This document shows, piece after piece, positions 1-11,224 of a stretch of DNA of 64,000 bases. This DNA comes from Basidiobolus meristosporus CBS 931.73 (taxonomy: Eukaryota; Fungi; Basidiobolomycota). The position numbers were made by a program, and so were the translations under genes. Position 1 is the stretch's first letter, and each line of letters opens with the position of its first letter. Under the pieces are notes generated by a model, which was not told where the DNA came from, searched no databases, and worked only from the letters and a program-made list of their open reading frames with translations. The stretch is from NCBI GenBank assembly GCA_002104905.1, contig MCFE01000032.1, positions 62,001 through 126,000 on the forward strand, given 5' to 3'.

Positions 1-1430
1 TGTCCACAGGGCCTTTTTTGGATGTAGCACTGCTTGTTGCACTGAATGTCAAAGCAAGCTGTTGTCCAACCTTTCTTCTGTTGACATCAGCAGTGGGGTT
101 TGGTTGAAAACCAGACAACTTTGCTTTATTTCTTGGCGGCATATAAATAGAAGTGAGTCAAACCAAAGGCAACATAGTGTTACATATGCATGTGTATGTG
201 GTGCCACGACTTTATTTATAGTGCTTGTTGTAGCAGGTCATCATTGAATCTTACATTAATGTAGGTGCAATGTCTCAAATACAAGACTGTCTGAAGTTCA
301 CATGAGTATTGACCAATAAGTGATATAATAGCATTATGTTGTTGAAGGTCAAGCTGTTTGCCCTGTGGACAAGACTACTTTGACTCAATGCTGTAAGAGA
401 AGAGAAAAAAGACCATGAGGCTAATGTGGCAAGCCTCTCAGCCATGAAGCACACAAAGAGCATAGGAAGTATTACAAGAATCACAGACAGTGTTTTGCAA
501 CCCAAGTCATATTTGACCATTCATTGGTCACTACTGTACCCATATTATCTTGCTGGCCTGTTGATACTTCTATATTGGCACCTGGCCATCTTTGTTACCT
601 TGCACAAGCTGAGTTGGGTAAGTCTGTGATGCCTTTAGGCTCACCTCAGCCTTCTGATTATGGCACACAGAGTGATAGCTCTGACAAAGAAGGTTCACTG
701 ATGGATTTTGGGCCTATCTCCCCTAACAACCATACCATGTATGAGCCTGGTCAATTCCCTATATGAAATGAGACCACACCTGCTGAAACAAATGCCAAGG
801 ATACTTTATGGAGCCAAGTGAGCCCAGTATTTTCACCACTAGCAAATGATATAATGTTATCGCTAGAGAAGTGGTGTGTTTCCACCAATATCAGTAATGG
901 AGGCTTTGAGGATTTATTACTACTTCTTGCCAAAATCATACTGGAAACAACTTTCCATGTACATGGTATAAGTGGACAACTGTCATGTGGCTGGCAACAT
1001 ATGACCCAGAGACTCTCCTGATTCCAGCATATGTTAACAGTTGCATGGCATTCACATCCAAAAATGCTATCATTGCAATGTGTTCAACTTGTCAGAAATC
1101 CACCACCATTGAGGGAAAACATTGTTCACAGTCCAGATATATTCCAGTCATACCCCATCTGAGGAAGCTGATGCAATCCAACAAATATTGCAAAGCTATA
1201 CAGTGCTGCACTCAGTATCAATCAAGCGCAAACATATCCAATATATTAGACTTGTTCCGTTGGATAGTGCCACATAGTGCCAGCTGGTTTATAGTGCCGG
1301 ATTGATCTGGCACTCTACGGCACTATCTGGCACTATAATTTCTACCATGATGCCAGTGGTATGATACAGTTACTGGTTATTTTACTCAATCTTACTTATG
1401 TTGCTCAGAATAGTGCTTTCCTTGCTTTAT

Positions 1431-2315
1431 TTACTCTTCATAATGCTCCAGACACATTTCTCTCAGTGGATGTCTTCTTGTATGAACATACTGTGCATTG
1501 ATAAGTATCTTAACTATTTTACCTATTCTGCTGTTTTCTCCTATATATGACTTTCCTCTGTATTTACCTGCCAATATGCTGAATCTCTTCAGATATCCAA
1601 ATGCGTGCTCTACCCTTACTCTGAAATGATTAAATATCTCATTGTAGAGCTTCTGCTTCCTGCTAAGCACACCATTCCTTGGCTTCCTATAAGCTGTAAT
1701 ACATCCTAATCTCTGACAATCCTCTCCTATATAGGCCAAGTCTGCCATACATTTCTCCCCTCTACTGAATTCAGGATGATTCTCTACCCAGAGTGCTTTG
1801 TCATGCCTACTTCCAGCAAATGGCCCACTAAACCAGATGATGTTACCCTCAATGTCAGACAGTGCTTGAAACTTCACACAGTGTGCCTTGTACTTGCCAG
1901 AATAAAAGTGCCTCTGCCCTCTAGAAGGTCTGTTAATCCTCACGGGGAAGGTATCCAAAATACTCCTGATATGGAACCTGTTGCTGAACACTCTGGGATA
2001 TGGAAGTCTATTGGAGCTTATGAACCTAGTATTCCAAGCTTGCTCTAAGTCATTCATACCCTCTGCAAGGTGATTCTCCATTGCTGTCAGCTGGGAATGA
2101 AAGCTTCTAGGACTTTTGTTGCCATGGATGGTGGGATGAAACCTTGTAGGGCAATAGTTCTTGTAATAGCAGAGAAGCTTAACAAGGGATCTCCTTGAGT
2201 AGATTGGGGTTGATGGTCCACAGTACTTGGAATAGATCTCCTCCAGTGTGTCAAAAGGAAATCCAGTGGTAGTGATGGGATTGATGAGAAAAGACCATTC
2301 AGATGAGTAAGTCAT
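1431..2315 (-). CDS. DDE_Tnp_4-type transposase, intact, 294 aa
   Basis: Motifs ILDTFPVRINRP, YSGKYKAHCVKFQ, GSRHD, MADLAYIG, RKPRNGVLS, RVRVEHAFGYLKRFSIL. The ATG at 2315 is shared with copy 2. Confidence 0.9.
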   Translation of the reverse strand: MTYSSEWSFLINPITTTGFPFDTLEEIYSKYCGPSTPIYSRRSLVKLLCYYKNYCPTRFHPTIHGNKSPRSFHSQLTAMENHLAEGMNDLEQAWNTRFISSNRLPYPRVFSNRFHIRSILDTFPVRINRPSRGQRHFYSGKYKAHCVKFQALSDIEGNIIWFSGPFAGSRHDKALWVENHPEFSRGEKCMADLAYIGEDCQRLGCITAYRKPRNGVLSRKQKLYNEIFNHFRVRVEHAFGYLKRFSILAGKYRGKSYIGENSRIGKIVKILINAQYVHTRRHPLREMCLEHYEE

Positions 2316-2362
2316 ATTAAAAGTGATGGATGATTGTATGGAGGCGGTTTGAATTGATTCGG

Positions 2363-3417
2363 TGTAGTGGGGTGACAGTGACACCCACTGACAGATGTGC
2401 TCATTCCCTTATTTTCTACTTCCCTATATCCCTACTACACTCATTTTAGTTTTATCCCATTTGTCTTACCCAATCAGTACTATCCCATAAGCCGGTTGAC
2501 TATCACACCTGCTTACCTTATTGCATAAGTTACCCCTCACTTTATGTAAGATTACTAGTTACAAGTGCTTCTATATTAGGCAAGTACCCGCGCCAGTACC
2601 CGTGACACATGATCAACCCGTGTCACCATCCCTACCATTTCCATACCATATATGGTATCCCCATGTTACACAGGTTTCAGAATACTGATTCCTGATTGGT
2701 TGGATGTGCTGTGCCTCTTAGAACCTTCCGGCACCTACTTAGAACATTCTTAGGTCATTCTGATGTCATTAAGATTTCTATTGAACTCCGGAACCTTCTG
2801 GAACACCATGATTAGTAATCACATAGCCAGTGAAGAAAAGTATATAAGGGAGGCTATCCCTCAACAATAAATCATCATCCCTTTTATCAATATACAGACT
2901 TGTTGATTAGTGTGATCACTGCTACCTGCTGCCACCTGAACAGGACACTCCCAGGAAACCATGCTGACAGCCAACTGACCTTGGAGGCACTACTTGTGAG
3001 GAATACTCAGAGTAGGTATCTTTTATTATATTTGATTCTTTCCCAAGTTTGTTCTTGTACAGGCAAAGATACTTTTCTGTCTTTGTAACTATTGACCAAA
3101 GCTGCATTCTTATCAAGTCCCTGCTGGTGGAGTTTACAGTTGTTTTGACTTTGGAAGCTTTAGTACATTGTCATCTCAAAGGACGCTGAACCCAGCACAT
3201 ACTTTTGTTAAGACGCCAACTAAGTTGGGGATCGTAGCTCAATAGTTTTCCCTTGACAAGCTTGTGGCTTTATTCCCCTTCACATTATATTAGAGACAGA
3301 ACCCAAGTATTCCTAGCAAGCTTTTGCCAGAGGTTATCGCACCCAGTGAACACCCCACACACAAAACACTTGAGAAGTGTTGGACGTATCTCTCCCTTGG
3401 ACTTATACACCACCACA
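2363..3417 (+). mobile_element. Solo LTR (1055 bp) inserted in PHIS copy 1
   Basis: Absent from the other PHIS copies. Ends are TGTAGTG...CACCACA, with a 4-bp TSD TCGG (2359-2362, 3418-3421), TATATAA at 2841 and AATAAA near 2865. Confidence 0.8.
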
Positions 3418-3733
3418 TCGGTGCGATCTGCATTATTTATCTGATTTTTAACACATTATGGTTAAATCTCCATCAATTGCCATGTATCCCATCATTATGT
3501 CGCAAAAATCATCCGCAAACAATGCCTTGGTACTTTTATTGATGCTTTAATCATAGGTCTATAATCAAATAGGAAATCTGTGATTGATGTGATCTGATCC
3601 GTGTCAACGCGATCCAAGATGCATCATGCATAATATATGGAAAATTCAACAATCACTTTAGTTTTCATATATATTTCATATAAGACCAGGTTGATGCCAA
3701 TATACTGCTGTATAAGTATCCAAATCTGTTGCT

Positions 3734-5005
3734 ATGGTCCCCATACCAAGCCTCAACTCATCTTTAGTACAACCCAGACAAAACCCATCCCCCAGCTCAC
3801 TAGCGCGGTCCGGACCGGAGAAGTCAATGTTGGATCCGTTTGAGTTCTTGCCAAATGATTTTAGTATGGCCCAAGTGTCTATGATGAGCCTTCATACAGA
3901 TATTTGGGCACTACTGATTAATCTAGCAGAACTAGATACCTCAGAGAGTCAACAAAGATGGAAGAATTTGAGTAGAAAGCTGTGGCATGAGTTCTACATC
4001 AAGATGCCAGCCAATGTATGTAAAAAGATATATAACAAGACAAGTATTGAAATCAAGAATGAGCTGAGAGTGAGGGGATTTGACGAGGAAGCCGCGCGGG
4101 AACAATTTCGCGCGCAATTTGCACAGTACGGGCCGGACGCGTCCGTTTGTGCCTCAACTTTGGGACCCAAAGAGATTTTGACTGAGTTTTTGCCTCAAAT
4201 GACTAATGTACTACGTGATATATTAGTAGAGCTAAGTGGCTTCCGAGAGCAATATACACAGGACTCATCCAGGCAACAGCTCCAAAGTATCAGACAGAGG
4301 GTAAGTGAATACCTTGAGGAATCAGATGGTGAGCTTCAGGAGGAAGAATACAGACCGCGAGCAACATCGTCCAGATCGCGCCAGCACGCCTCGCTGGATT
4401 CCCTACCATCTCTTGCAACCACAGCGCGCCGGCGCACGTCAGTCCAGACCACGCCAACACCCTTTGCCAGAACACCCCGCGTCGAGTCAACACGCATTGA
4501 GTCAACGCGCATTGGGTCAACGCGCGCGCTTCAGAGCAAAACTACCAGAACTTGCCAAACTGCTCATTTAGACACAAGTCCATTGGAGCGGACCGAGTCG
4601 CGTCAACATGCGGCATCACATTGAACTCAGCCAAGGGCCATCTCAACGCGTCAAGGCGCACCTGCGTGTGCCGTTTTGCCTGACCATCAGCAAGTTACTT
4701 CTGGTGAACTGACTGATGATGACCAACATGAAGTGACTCAACCACCAGAGCCCTTGGCAAGTAAAAGAACGCGTCAGCGCGTGGCACTACAGGCCGGTTC
4801 AGTTGGTTCAGTTGGTTCAGTCGGAGCGATTCAGCGCGGCCAAGCTGCAGCATTGCACTCATCAACTAGGAGGCAAAATACTGAATACAAATACACAAGT
4901 AGCCAAGATGATAGTCAGCCAGGAAGTAGTATAGGTGTGCAAAGTGAGTCACTACCAAATGCTTCAGTAGTAATCCCTGTGAGAAAAAAACCCAGGAGAA
5001 GATGA
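3734..5005 (+). pseudogene. PHIS ORF2 (Myb/SANT-like DNA-binding protein), premature TGA at 4622-4624
   Basis: RWKNLSRKLWHEFYIKMPANVCKKIYNK resembles a Myb/trihelix W..L...L...C.K pattern. The frame continues past the TGA to a basic C-terminus RKKPRRR. Copy 3 has CAA at this codon. Confidence 0.7.
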
Positions 5006-5748
5006 TGCGATCGCTTTGAATCGCTCACATTTGTAATGATCCCAACAACCCTTTTTTTTTGCGATCCAAATCGAGCCATCACAAATCAGTGATCATCAAA
5101 TTTTTGATATAAGTAATATCAAGGTCGTCTCACATTTGAGACAGAACCCCTATAAATAAACATCCTGCATATATATACGTCATCTGTAATACCAGTGCAG
5201 CTATTGGATCTGTTTTGCACCTACACAATTGCTTGCGTGCTAGCTATGACACGTTGCCCAATCACTAGGATCAGGGATTTACTTGCTCAATGGGCAAAAT
5301 GGGATATTTGATGGCAAATCAGGTAGCTTTTTCAGTAGTCAATGAGCCAATTGGGGGCTGCCAGCTTCAGGATACTTTTGGACCAATTAACCACTGAGAT
5401 ACCGTCCAATTGGAGTGAGGGTAACCAAAATGGTAAGTATCAGTGTAGTTTATAGTGTGATACACATTTATTTCCATTTACATTAAAGAAACATATCCAA
5501 ATACCGGATTTTACCTGCCATTATAGCGGTATCCGATCGCGCATGTGATGCAAGCATTACGAGTTGGCGCAATCATCCGCGCCAACCTCATTGTGTCAGA
5601 TTGTGCCATAGTGTGCAAGATTGTCCCGCATAGTGCAAAATCGTCCAAGAACAATCCTGCCTTCTGGTAGCTATAATATTGCGCCCAATTGTTCTGTGCA
5701 ACCGCGGATTGCGCCGCGCGCCCTGGCACGGTACAATGGAACAAGTCT

Positions 5749-7560
5749 ATTCAATGGCAAACATTACAAACAGCTAAGAAGCAAGGGATTCATTGAAGGT
5801 ATGTATGATCATGACTTTGCTTTAGCACTTGATGGATTCTCATTAAACAAGTACTCTACCAGCAAATCCTGCTGGCCACTGATTCTCATAAATCCAAATC
5901 TGCCACCCATCTTACGGTATCAGAGTAATAATCTGATGGTAGTCTCACTGGTATCTGGGCCAGAATCAGTGTCCAACCTGGATAACTACCTGTCGCCATT
6001 GCTGGATGAGTCTTGTATGCTTTCTAGCAGGATAATGGTAAATGGCTATCATGTAAGAGCACATATCATTATCTGCATTGGAGATACTCCAGCCATCAGC
6101 AAGATAGCAGGTTTTCCGGGCATAATGGACAGTATTGCTGTTAAATGTGTGAGATCCAGGGGATGTAGTTCATAACTCACACACATTACTGTTACCTAGA
6201 CACCAGCCCCAAGAACATCATCTTTCCACAGAGGGAACATACAGAAGTAAGCATGCGATTACAGCAAAGTTGGCAAGCTATAAGCCATTGGTCAGAATAA
6301 GAAATTAATTGGAAACCAGAGATATTTAAGATAGTGAGTATCTGTTTGAGCAAAAGCTTTCCACTGTGATCAATGCATTTGCTTTTCAACAATATCCTTA
6401 TACTGATGACTAAGTTGTACATGGGGCATCTCAAGCTAAATGAGCCCTTTGAGATACTGGAGAAATTTGAAAGAATTGGCAAGATATTACAGTGTATCTG
6501 CTACCCTATGTACTTCTCATGGGCCCCAATTAATATTCATATGCATATACAACAATACAAATGCAAAGACTGGATGAACTGGATATGTATTTATTCAAGC
6601 GGTGTTCTGAAGCCATTCCTACCAAGAGTAAATTGGAAGCATTGGGAGTCATATATGGACATTGTAGGAGTATTTATCCAGAAGCAGATCACCAATGCCA
6701 ACTTCATGCATCTACTGCTGTTGTGTGAGGAGTTTGTGACAGGATTTGAGTGGCTATACTACAAGCATAAAGCTAAGCACATAGATCTCTGCCACTGCTG
6801 TATCCATTCTCTATTCCATCTTGCATGGTGTGTGGAGAATATTTGGCCTTGCTTCACCTATTGGAAGTTTCTTATGGAGCAGATGTGTGGGGAGATTGGA
6901 AGACTAGTCAAGTTGTAGGTACTACCATATCCCAATTTCATCAAGAATAGTATATTCAAGTCTGTCATGGATGTGATGTGTTGGCACATGGAGGACAGCC
7001 AGAAAGAGTTAGAAAATCAAGAGGACAAATGTGCACATGGAGACACTTATGCCTATGGCATTAAGAAGTTAAGCAGCCCCAATGCGTTGGTAATCAGCTA
7101 ATTAATGCAAAGCTGGGTTGGGTGCCACAAGCAACTAATTTTTATCAGAAAAACTGTACCAAGATATGCTGGATTTCTCATGGTTACAAGCCAACTTCTA
7201 CACCATTCAATACAGAATTCACATAAACAAAAGCCAGAGTCCACTTATAAGGGGGACTAGAATCCAGTAGGGAGAAGGAATATATTGGCTAAATACCAAG
7301 AAGTTCTTTGCAGATATTCAGAAGGTATTCATGGCATAAGTGGCAACAACCAAGCATATGTTTGCAAGACTCATATGTTACCAGCAGTACAAGGTATATG
7401 GCAACTTTGCAAGTATCACACTAAAAGCTGTAAAGTTGAGGTGATAGGAGTATGTCAATTGCAGCAGGTGTGCATGTTTGTAGAGGTTAGTAAGCAAGAG
7501 GTCACAGTTTTTTTTGATTCAAACTATATGTGGAATACCCAAGGTAGTAGTGGGTAAGCA
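5749..7560 (+). pseudogene. CACTA transposase, 3' part of copy A, with multiple stops and frameshifts
   Basis: ORFs 5621-6175 and 6373-6918 carry tnp2 and DUF4218-like motifs; joins 430-1247 across the PHIS insertion. Confidence 0.8.
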
Positions 7561-8979
7561 AATAAAGAGCGGTGATTCTACAGTGGAATATATTAATTGC
7601 ACAAGGGGAGGTAGAAAAAGAAAATACCATTTGGTAAATTGGTATGGTAGCAATATACAGAACCAGTGGTAGGCCGTCATACTGCTAATCTAGTGGCATC
7701 AGAGTCTTGCTGTGAGGTGGTCAAAATACAGTCAAGCTTCTTGCCATAAAAGGCAATTGGATGTCCTGGCCTACTGGATTCACTTAAAATAGTTATAGAG
7801 CACTAAAAGACCACAACACTACCATGCAAATATTGTCATGTTTTATCACTTTATTTGGTTGTAAAATTAGCAAAACACCGTTATGATCCCATCACAGGAT
7901 TGTTAGGAGGGTCACTAATTCCAAGCTGCTTATATTGTGACAGTATCTAAATGGAATCCTGATGGCTGATCTGGAAAAGATCCACCTGCAGGACCAAATT
8001 ATTTTTTATAGGGCAGACTAGTCTTGGGCAGGAACTGGAGCAGAATGTTGAATTCATAATTTTGCTGAGATGCATTCTAAGTTTTGTTGAGACACACACT
8101 GAATCAAGAGGTTCAGTAAGTGGTGTTTATATGTTTCTGATCAAGTTGAATTAGTTGGTGCTAGGAGACTAGATTAATTGAAATCAACTTGGGCATTGAT
8201 AGGTGCATAAGATAAATACAAGCAGCATTTTCAATCAGCTGACATATTAGCAACTGCAAAGTGGTTTGATAGACCTCATATGACCAATCATTTGGAAAAG
8301 CTTGGCAGATCAGTTGGTGATGTAATACCACAAGAGAATTGTTCAGGTGTGACATTTAAAAATAAATGCTGAGATGGTTTAATCTAAATCATAACTAGGA
8401 CTAGCTATTTTTGGGCTTAGGAAAATTAGTTACAATACTAGATTTTTTAATGAGTGGAATTGGCCAAGTTTAAATGTTGATGCACAACACTTTCTCACAA
8501 GAATACCCTGCATGGGACTGGCAAAGAAGAATGCCCACCTAAAAACATGGGAGTGGAATCCCTATGAACAATTACTGTAGTGATCCCATCAAAAGGCCAT
8601 CATAAGCTTGAAGTCCCATGACTAAGAGGTACTGATCCCATCATGACACTGTGCAGAGACTGTTGAAATATAATTGCACCCTAGATTTTACAAAAAACTT
8701 GGTCAAAGTTTTCATCACATCACTGTATAAGTAGCTATTGATTGGTTCCCTGCCAATTTGCTCACTTTCTGATCCTAGACACTCTATCACTTCCTACATT
8801 TGTTTGCATTGATTGGCTATTACCTCTTTTTCACACCCCTTACTTCCTGACTCAACCATTTCTCTCACTTTTCATGCGTACAAACTGATTTATTTCCTTT
8901 CAAACTTCAGTTTTACCTCAATTGCAAATTGTATTGACCTATACAAGTCCCTATACCCCACACTTGATAAGAAACTCCA

Positions 8980-10992
8980 TTAAAATCCCCACTCAATAAG
9001 TATTTCTGCTGTAACACTCTGGTTCCACAATTTTGGTGGAAACCCAACACCTTTATGCCACTCTGCACTCACTGATTCCCACATGTCCTGGTCTTCAACA
9101 AGCACTGCAAGGTCTAGCACCTCATCTGCTAGTCTTTGCAATAAGTCCTTGCAATATTCAAGTACTTCCAACTCTTGTGAAAGCAGCTGTTTTGTTGTTG
9201 TAATTCTTCTTGAGTATGATAGGATTCAGTCTGTTCCTGGCTTGTAGCATTAATTGGCAAGAACTGCAGTTTTTCTTGCATACCTCCCAGTCTCAGAATT
9301 GGGTAGACATTTTTCCGTTAACCTTTTCCTTTATCACTGCTAGGTCTTTCACTGCTACTTTGTCTGAGTGCTTCTTGTAAAGAACTATGCTTTCTCCTGG
9401 ATTAATTCTGCTCTGATGCATATGTTTTAGCCTATTTGCCCCTTGCTGGCACTCTTCTGGCAACCTGATGTTTCTTTCCCACTTATTCCAAGCTCAAAAC
9501 AGCTGTTTTCTTGTTGGTAACTCTTCTTGGCTATGATGGGATTCAGTCTGTTCCTGTCTTGTGGCATTAATTGGCAAGAACAGCAGTTTTTTTTGCATGC
9601 CTTGCTGTCTCAGGCTTGGGTAGACATTTTTCCCTTTACCATTTCCTTTCTCACTGCCAGGTCTTTGACTGCTAGTTTGTCTGAGTACTTCTTGTAATGA
9701 TCTACATTATCTCCTTGATAAATTCTGCCCTGACAAATCTGCTTTGGCCTGCTTGTCCCATGCTGGCACTCTTCTAGCAACCTGATGTTTCTTTTCCACT
9801 TGTTTTGAGCTCTCAACTCTAGTTGTGACGGGCTCCTGTAAAAGCAGCTGGTTTTTATCACTGCCAGGTCCTTCACTGCTACTTTGACTGAGTCCTTCTT
9901 GAGTGGTACTATGCTTTTTTTGATAAATATTGTACTTGTGCATCTGTGTCTGCCTGCATGTCCCTAATTGGCACTCTTCCAGCTACCTGATGTTTCTTTA
10001 ACACTTGTCTGGAGCTTTTGGCCCTGCTAGTAACAGGTTCTTGTGGAAGCTGCTGGTTTTATCCAGAGCACCCTTGTTCTTCTGCCTTTGATGATTTCTG
10101 CTACTCTTAAGATACTTTCTTAGCATACCAATGCTGGCCCAAAATCAGTTTGCCCATTTGGATCCTGAATAATGCTCATTGCACATGTCAGCTGCATTAT
10201 GCTTGGCATTGAGTTCCTGACGGTCACATGGTATGCTGGCCTTAAGGTGATGGCATGCTAGACTTCTGACAGCCTCCTGAATATTAGCCCACTCTTCATT
10301 ATTGCACTCAATGGCCTAACAGATCTTCAATGTCTTTTAATTTTTAGGCTTTGGTATAAACACCTCATTGTCTCCCTCCCACACTGTGATAGGATTTTTT
10401 GTGAGCTTTATCTTTGGGAACTGTTATTGGGATTTAAAGACTATATGGTGTTCTTCTACTGTTACATCAGGAAATGGCTTAATTCTTGGTAGTGACATTG
10501 AGCTACTTCAGTTCCTTGTTTGCAGCAAAGACACTTCTTTCTCTACCGGGGATATTGATTGCTCTACACATATTCTCTGCTCATCCTGTTTCTGGGCCAC
10601 TGCATCTGTCCTATCAGCCACTGCACCTAGGTGCTTCATTAATGATTTAGTATGGGCTGACAACATACTTGCTAATGTGGGTGGTGGTGATATTATGATG
10701 GCTACTTTCTGGTCTTCAACTGAGGCTACTGTGCTTGCTACACTTTTGTCTGCCAGAGCATAATGGTCAGCTTGTGGCCCCACCAAGATTCTCAATTGTC
10801 TACTTGACTGAGAGCCTGAGGAGTTCCCATTATTACCACTAGTGGGCACACTCTTAGTATGGTCTTTTTGGATGTAGCCCTGCTTGTTGCACTGAATGTC
10901 AAAGCAAGCTGTTTTCCAGCTGTTCTTCTGCTGCCATCAGCAGTGCGGGTTAGTTGAGAACCAGATGACTTTGCTTTATTTTTTGGCAACAT
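8980..10992 (-). pseudogene. Decayed accessory ORF of the CACTA element, divergent from the transposase, with internal repeats
   Basis: Chain of minus-strand ORF fragments (10792-10992, 10508-10849, 9610-9943, 8980-9171). Its 5' end (~10850-10992) is also present in copy A at 1-140. Confidence 0.45.
9181..10020. repeat. Degenerate tandem repeat, period ~316-317 bp, two full units plus partial units
   Basis: GGGTAGACATTTTTCC at 9301 and 9618; CAGCTGTT at 9184 and 9500; partial units at ~9841-10020. Confidence 0.8.
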
Positions 10993-11224
10993 ATATATGC
11001 AAGTGAGTCAAACCAAAGGGGAAATAGTGCTACATATACAAGTGTATGTGGTGCCACAACTTTATTTATAATACTACTATAGTGGGTCATCATTGAATCT
11101 ACATTCACATACGTTCAGTGTCTCAAGTTGAAGACTGTCTTAAGTTCACGTTATTTTTGACCAAAAAGTGGTATAATAGCATGTTGTTGAAGGTCAAACT
11201 TTTTGCCCCACGGGCAAGACTACT

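Larger units (their letters stand above)
1248..5748 (-). mobile_element. PHIS (PIF/Harbinger superfamily) transposon, copy 1
   Basis: TIR AGACTTGTTCC at 1248 and GGAACAAGTCT ending at 5748 (14/15 match); TSD ATT at 1245-1247 and 5749-5751. The empty site is visible in CACTA copy B near 12080-12100. Carries a divergent transposase and ORF2. Confidence 0.93.
1..8020 (+). mobile_element. CACTA/EnSpm-type DNA transposon, decayed copy A (interrupted by PHIS copy 1; starts before the window, right end not resolved)
   Basis: Fragmented + strand frames carry Transposase_21-like motifs (ALDGFSLNKY..SCWPLILINPNLPPILR, ICIGDTPAISKIAG) and DUF4218-like motifs (HSLFHLAWCVENI.PCFTYWKFLMEQMCG). 1-1247 and 5749-8020 are colinear with 10850-14674. 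Confidence 0.8.

Noticed and set aside
1776-2048. 90-aa ORF repeated in all four PHIS copies (also 17278, 20691, 24519)
   Set aside because: Antisense to the transposase; conservation follows from copy identity and it has no recognisable domain.
8570-8735. CACTA termini (TAGTG at 8578-8582, CACTG at 8647 and 8721) and TGATCCCATCA repeats
   Set aside because: I could not match a pair of TIRs with a 2-3 bp TSD, so these are left as approximate boundaries only.
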